DNA of 64,000 nucleotides from the NCBI GenBank assembly GCA_964016885.1, contig OZ024741.1, positions 359,972,001-360,036,000 on the forward strand, read 5' to 3'. Shown here one piece after another: positions 57,241 to 64,000 of this stretch; position 1 is the stretch's first letter; each line of letters opens with the position of its first letter. Origin of the DNA: Eledone cirrhosa (taxonomy: Eukaryota). The notes under the pieces are model-generated. The model had not been told where the DNA came from and searched no databases. It saw nothing but the letters and a program-made list of their open reading frames with translations. Made by a program: the position numbers and the translations under genes.

Positions 57241-58415
57241 TTTGTTATTGATTTTGTCAATTGAGAGTCTCAGAGCTTAGTCTAGTGCAATGATAAAGAG
57301 GAATGGGGCAAGAGTGTCACCCTCAGCACTCTTGCTGAGATGTCAAAGAACTCTGTTGGGCCATCAGGGGTGATGATAATGGCACTTGTGTTGAGATACA
57401 GAGCCTCATTTGCTTGCACAAGTCTTGCTGGGATGACATACAAGGGTAGAATTTCAAACAGTCTCTGTTTATGCAGTCAAAAGCTTTTGTAAAGTCAACA
57501 AAAGCTAAAGCCATTTGTCTGTTGGAGTTTCTCATCTCTTTCACTACTCTTCTCAAGATCAAAATCTGTGCAAGTGTAGATCTACACGCCTAAAACCGTT
57601 TTGGTTGATGGTATAACCATCAAACCCCGCATGAGCTCTAGGCACTCCTCTAAATATCTCACTGACCTTGACTTTGCGGATGACATTGCGCTTCTTGCAG
57701 ATTGTTTAGAAAATGCGCAACAACTTTTGACATTCCAGGAAGCAGCCGCCCTCGTTGGCCTTCATCTCAACGAGGGTAAAACAGAGTACATATCAAACTG
57801 TACAGGCAACAACATCAAAGCAACCAACGGCAGTGATATCAAGCAAGTCGAGGATTTTAAGTATCTTAGGTCCTGGATTCTGGATTCTGGGAAGGATTTT
57901 TCCACCAGAAAGGCTAAAGCATGGTCAGCTTGCAATAAGATAGATCGAGGTTGGCACTCAAATATTTCCAACAAAACCAAAATCAGACTCTTCCAAGTAA
58001 CAATACAACAGATTTTACTATATGAAAGTGAAACATGGACGCTTTCATCCAAACAACAAAAGCGCCTTGATGGCACCTACACTTGCCTACTTCGGCGTAT
58101 TCAGAACATAAGCTGGCGACATCTGACTTCAAAACAAATATATGCCGGCCTCTCATTCATATCTGTCGTTGTACGTAAAAGGAGAGTAAGATTTGTTGGC
58201 CACTGCCATCGTGTCACCTATGAGGCTGTATCGCCACTAGTGCTTTGGAAACCTGAAGCAGTCACTAATAACAGTGTGCGCAAGTTCTCCTATCCCGATG
58301 TCATCTCCTGAGATTCTGGTATTGAAATCCAGGACTTGGGAATGGCAATGAACGACAGACCCACGTGTAGATCAATTGTTGAGTCGATTTCGGCTGAAGC
58401 CGCCGGATGATGATG
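57241..58415 (+). mobile_element. RTE-clade LINE, 5'-truncated with 5' inversion, inserted in a SINE
   Basis: Minus strand 57241-57600 carries RT motifs (AFVDFTKAFD). Plus strand 57601-58311 carries DFADD, FKYL and LLYESETW. (GAT)n tail. TSD AAAT(C/T)GACCCC at 57230-57240 and 58416-58426. Confidence 0.85.
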
Positions 58416-58838
58416 AAATTGACCCCAGTGCATTATTGGTACTTTCTTTCATCGACCTTGTAAGAATGAAAGGCAAAGCTAATTTATAATAATACTAATA
58501 ATTGTTTCTACTTTAGGCACAAGGCCAACAATTTGGGGAGAGGGGAAAGTTAATTAAATCGACCCTAGTACATTACTGGTGTTTATTTTATCGGCTCTGT
58601 AAGGATGAAAGGAAAAGCTAACCTTGGCAGGATTTGAACTCAGAGCATAAAGGGCCATAACTTTATGTCGCAAAGCAAATTGTCCGATGTTCTACCGATA
58701 CTACTACTAATAATAATGGTTTCTTATATAGGCACATGGCCAACAATTTGGAGGGAGGGGAAAGTCGATTAAATCGATCCCAGTGCATTACTGGTGCTTT
58801 ATTTTATCGACTCCGTAAAGATGAAAGGCGAAGGTCAT

Positions 58839-59623
58839 TGTAGTGGGTAAATGTATTCCGGGATGAATGATAACAAGAATAATTCCAGAATTGTGATGTT
58901 GACAATGTTTATTTTACAATAATAATATTCACTTGTTGGCACATTAAACATCATGTAATAAACTTGTGGCAGCAATTATCACTACACTGTTTTCTGACTA
59001 GCTACTTCGAGCTAGCGTGTATGCATGTATCAATACAACGATATAATATACGTGAAATAACAGGAAGACGAAAGATTGGTGAAACACATAAGTAAACCTA
59101 CTGCGTGTGTGTGAATGTGTCTATCCTTTAATTAGTCAAATTGCCTAGCTGGTATTAGATGTGAGAGCATAGTAAACAAACTGGTTTTCGTGAAGAGAAA
59201 TTTCACAGTGTTAGCAGAACTTTCTTCTCTTGTTTGCGTTATCACTATGTCTTCTGGTGTAGTCTATGACCGAGAAGGTGAGAACCTGTAAGGCCAGGAG
59301 AGAGAAAGGGTAAAAATGAATTGGCTACATCGTAATCTCTCACAGACTGCTGCTTCATGTCTCTCTGGTGGATTCCCTAAGTACTTGTATTTATAATAAC
59401 CCTATAGCTAGAAGGATATGTATATGGGTTGATTTATGAGTAGCCATATGTGTTTCATCTGTCAGAGAACTGAGTTCACAGGTCAAGTGGTATGTACGTT
59501 TATCAAACTTGTCTCTTGACAGGACAATGGTGGGAAACTCCCAATAATGGGGTGGTCCCAGAGGCGAGAAACCTCAGATTCGGTTTTGAATCTTCGCCGG
59601 TAAAACAGGAGTATTCCGTTACA
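58839..59623. mobile_element. Solo LTR (~785 bp) inserted in a SINE
   Basis: TGTAGTGG...CCGTTACA ends, TSD TCAT/TCAC; the SINE is continuous across it (GAAAGGCGAAGG | CTCAGCGGGATTTGAACTC). Confidence 0.72.
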
Positions 59624-60689
59624 TCACCTCAGCGGGATTTGAACTCAGAACATAAAGGGCCGTAATTCTATGCTGTAAAGCAGGGTGTCCGGCGCTCTGC
59701 CGATACTGCCAATAATAATAATAATAACAATTATAATTTACCAAGGTGCAAGGACACACATTGCTGGAATTTTGTGCTTGAAAATGGAAAATCAAGTTGC
59801 TATTTTGCCCCAATCTTTAATATAGTAAAGAGGTTGTAGTGTGCAGTTTTATTTCATTTCAAGGTCAAGAAAGTGGTAACCTTTATTGTATCAAGGAAGT
59901 TTACCTTGATCTCCTTGGCAGTATGAACAGGTATATTTCAGATAATTGTGTCCGAATCATTGTCATATATCGTGTGTGACGCATGTTTATACTACTTTAT
60001 AGTTCTTTATTTACTCTGGGTTCCGTGCAAAAGAACTGAAAAAAAGTTATCTGGTACACAATAGTCCCAAAGATAAGCTGCTCTTGGAACATCAAAAGAG
60101 TGTTTACTGCTGTAGTACAATTTCTGATCAAGATATGAAGATCAAGCATGTTAAGCTTCAGTAATACTGTTACGTAATATCAACTTTGAATTTTTCTTTT
60201 TGACTTGAAATTACAACACAAGTATTAATGGAGAAAACTACTGCATTAAATGTTCTTCAACGGTAAGACATTGATTCATAAGCTGCAGGCACAATCACTG
60301 GTACTATGCTAAAGATGAAAAAACTGCCTAAGCTGAGGACTGAATAAGAATTCAAAGTAATATATTGGAATGTGATTCAACAAGGTAATATGGCCATGGC
60401 TATGGTTATGGGCCCTCAACTCCTGATGGAGTTATAGAGGTGGCCACCCTGGGCATTTAAACCAGGTGGTGCCCATAGAGATGTAGAAATGAGAAAAAGA
60501 GCATTGAACTGGTACTTTATTTATCGACCTCGAAAGGGTAAAATGCAAAGTTTACATGGCGGGATTTGAATTCAGAGTGCAGAGAGCGGGAATACCGCAA
60601 CACGTTCTTTCCAACTTTCTAATGACTGCAACTTCGCTGCCTTAAAGTAATATATCAAAATGTAACTCAACTCATCTTGTTTTCCTCTA

Positions 60690-60870
60690 ATTAAATTGGT
60701 TAACATTTATGCAACACTTCCAGTAGCAAGAGCAACTGATAAGCGCTCTTTTTTCAAGCACAAATTAATTAAGTATAAACTGCAAAGCTTATATGGAGAA
60801 GAGAACTGTCCAGCCTCATACTGCTTAGCATCAAGAAAGGCATTCCTGTTGATAATGAAGATATTAAATA
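60690..60870 (+). pseudogene. hAT transposase C-terminal dimerisation domain relic
   Basis: IYATLPVARATDKRSFFKHKLIK..LQS..GEE resembles the hAT motif LPVTxATAERSFSKLKLIK..LRS. Confidence 0.7.
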
Positions 60871-61218
60871 GCCTACAATATATTACTATACATTTAAACT
60901 TATAGTTTCACGTTTCATATTCACATGCTTGTAATACCGTAACTTATATTATGAGCAAAATCAAAACCAATATATCGGCCTATGGTAACTTCATTTTTTT
61001 TCTCTAAAGGTCTTCACTCTATTTTTTAAGCTATTTTATAGAATCTCCGTGCATGAACATATTACTCTTTATATTAACTTTATCCCCTCAACGTTTCGTA
61101 AAAGTCTGAGAGATCGGCTACGTATACATGAATAATAACTAAAACATTTCAATATCTTTATATCTTTTAAAAGTTTAGCAATAAAAACAGGCCTTTTTTT
61201 CCCATTTAAACAGCTTTA

Positions 61219-61290
61219 TATTGGGTCGTCAAATATGAAATTTGTAGAAATTAGTAGAAAGAAAAACAAATCTTTATTTGACGACCCAAT
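61219..61290. mobile_element. Tiny mariner-like TIR pair
   Basis: ATTGGGTCGTCAAATA ... TATTTGACGACCCAAT. Confidence 0.55.
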
Positions 61291-62049
61291 CAATGTATGC
61301 TATAAAACGAATTCATTGAATTTAATAGAATTTAATATTTTCCGCGTACGATTTGACCATTTTTCTTCTTATAGCCTATGTAGTATTGCAGATTTCGTAT
61401 TTTGAAAAATATTAAGGATGTACTCGTTTTTCAACTGAGTCTCTGTCCTTATGAAAGTCTGCACACATCACTGGTTTGTTTATATGCTATTATTGTTTAT
61501 TATTTCTATTAATGTAAGTGCAGTGTAGTGACAAAATTGATAGAACGGCGGACAAAATGCTTTATAATATTTGTTCCAGCTCTCTACATTCAAATCCTCC
61601 ACTATCCTAGGTCAAGTGCGGTGGATTGGCAGTATCGGTAGAGGGTCGGACACTATGCTTTGACGCATAGAGTTACGGCCCTTGCCATTCTGAGTTCAAA
61701 TCCCGCTGAGGTTGACTTTGCCTTTCATCCTTACGGGGTCGATAAAATAAAGTACCAGTAATATACTGGGGAATTTTCTGGCATTGTGCCTAAAGTAGAA
61801 ACAATTATTTCTATTAATGTATTCATAAGTGCAGTGTAGTGACAAAATTGATAGAATGGCGGACAAAATGCTTTATAATATTTGTTCCAGCTCTCTACAT
61901 TCAAATCCTCCACTATCCTAGGTCAAACTTTCCGTTCATTCTTCTGGGGTTGATAAAATAAAGCACCGGTAATGCACTGGGGTCGATATAATCAACTTTC
62001 TCCTCCAAATTGCTGGTTTTGTTCCTAAATTAGAAACCATTATAGTAAT

Positions 62050-62680
62050 CATGTTTTTAAGAGTTTTATGAGATTTTCTATTGAGGTGTGGGTAGCATTG
62101 TCTTTGGGGAATATAGAATTGTGTTTGTGCACTACATCAGTTTTGTAGTTTTGTTGTTTCGGGTAAGCGGCAGCGGGGGTGGTAGCGATGGACTAAAGAC
62201 GGCTGTGAGCTTTAGTACCTGCCTCGATGGTCTACGGTGGTTCAAGATAGAAGGAGCAAAATTCTGTGAAAAGCAGATAACACCAACTGAGATATGGTCG
62301 GTGGTAAGTGATTGTGTAATGGTCAAATCGCTTGTTTTTGATTGTATATCTTCTGAACATTATGCGTACATTTTAGTCTTGTTTGCCAATATTTTGGCAG
62401 ACGTTTACCACAACTCGTAATGATAATGCTTCTGATGAAGGACGTGAAAAAGAGGAACATTGTTAACAATTTCCAGCCCATAATTCTGCAGATTTCGGCC
62501 AAAGAGTTAGGTTCTTTTCATTGGTAGTATGGGCAGTAAACCATAGGCCTATGCGATCCCAAACTAATCTACCAACGGCGCCCTCCATCACATACGATAC
62601 ATCGTAGAGTGGGTAGCAAATCTGGCTTCGGTGGTACGATGAGCAATTTTGCTCATCGTTACCTGACAGCTCACCTTCAC
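62050..62680 (+). mobile_element. Old, degenerate Tx1 ORF2 fragment
   Basis: GGGSDG...FSTCLDGL...AKFCEKQITPTEI...VYHN aligns by eye with Tx1-B GGSGG...FSVYLDGL...ECCEKPITAAEV...VYCN. Confidence 0.7.
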
Positions 62681-63501
62681 GCCCTATATTTTATTTAACC
62701 TTGAGAGATTTACTAAAATTATTAAATATCTCGTGACAAAGATAGTAACTTATCATAGGGTTCTTATATAAAACTATGTTGGAAGATTTTAATTCAAATA
62801 AGAACCATTTAAAATAGGTGGCGTTTCTTTTTTTTTTCACGGAACCAAAGCCGGCGTTGGTTGGGTTACTAGCAAAAGTAATTAATCCAGGCCTGCTTGT
62901 AGGGAATATTTTCCTGCTGCCCACTGAATCACATATGGAAATCAAAAATGAATCCAGTTACACGGATTAATCATGAAATCGAACAAAATAGTTCTTCATA
63001 GCCGTGTAGAATTTAAAAACAAAATACAAAACAAAACAAAAAAACAACAGAAAATAACCAAAAGTTTGTATATTTTAAAAAATTTGATGGATTTTAATAT
63101 ACAAATATATATATATATATACCATTTTAAATAGTTTAATAATTATACAAAGAGTTCAGACGATAACGTTATATACAGAACAATATATATATATAGGCTT
63201 CAAGAAAACTACAGTTCAGAAAAGGTGGGTAAAAAATAGAAAATATTTATTTAAGAATAGAGTTATATAGTTTAAAAAGATTATTAACATGATATATATT
63301 ATTTACTATATGTACGATATCTACACTATATTTTAGTCAGTTTGATCTCTTATTGTCACAATGTAATACAGTATTTCCCTATGTGAATGGTTGAGTAACT
63401 ACTTTTAGCTTAAAAGTAAAGCTTTCTTGAATTCAGCTAGTAAAATGTATGTATGTGTGTACGTAAGTTTTCTTTCTCTTAATTTGTATGTATGTATACA
63501 T

Positions 63502-63503
<2 letters not shown>

Positions 63504-63585
<82 letters not shown>

Positions 63586-63623
63586 ACGTACGTATGTACA
63601 TACATTCATACATAAGTACGTAC

Positions 63624-63683
<60 letters not shown>
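63504..63683. repeat. Compound (TA)n/(TG)n/(CATA)n microsatellite
   Basis: Directly visible. Confidence 0.97.
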
Positions 63684-63685
<2 letters not shown>

Positions 63686-64000
63686 TGTAAATACACAATT
63701 TTAAGATGAGGTATACCACCTCGGAAATATTATCGTATTAAAAATAATCTATGATGAATATTTATGCATTTAAAGTCTTAAAGTCTATGACGAAGCAGTT
63801 GGACGTTTTGACTGCACTGTGTCCGTAAACTTTATCAGAGACAGAAAATCGACTTGAATAAAAACAATAGGAGTAAAGAGAGTGACAAACGGAATCATTC
63901 AGATTACATATATTTCTCAAACGTGAAAAAAAAAAAAAAATAGAAAAGAAAACACACACATACAAAAACTGTTTGCAAGAATTTGTTGCTACAAGTTTGA

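Noticed and set aside
63405-63709. Many YI/CV/MYVC-repeat ORFs (also near 21256-22163, 51404-51759, 54765-56136)
   Set aside because: These are translations of microsatellites.

Overview
Eukaryotic, AT-rich, repeat-dominated window with no recognisable host gene. The SINE and microsatellite landscape suggests an octopus-like cephalopod (inference). Almost all of it is nested transposable elements. These include a Helitron 5' part, a Penelope-like relic with a hammerhead ribozyme, and a young Gypsy-derived LTR element whose integrase is inverted. There are two near-identical full-length Tx1-clade LINEs head-to-tail in a (GATA)n tract, and a second Tx1 family plus R4/Dong-like elements stacked in (TAA)n/(TTA)n tracts. 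Short RTE-derived elements sit in (CATA)n, alongside solo LTRs, MITEs, long palindromes and many tRNA-derived SINEs. Two signals stand out. First, each retrotransposon family appears tied to its own microsatellite. Second, both diverged Tx1 families have a consensus 5' splice donor overlapping the ORF1 stop codon and an in-phase AG in ORF2 codon 5, so removing a 51-53 nt intron would fuse ORF1 to ORF2. All calls were made by eye, without database searches.
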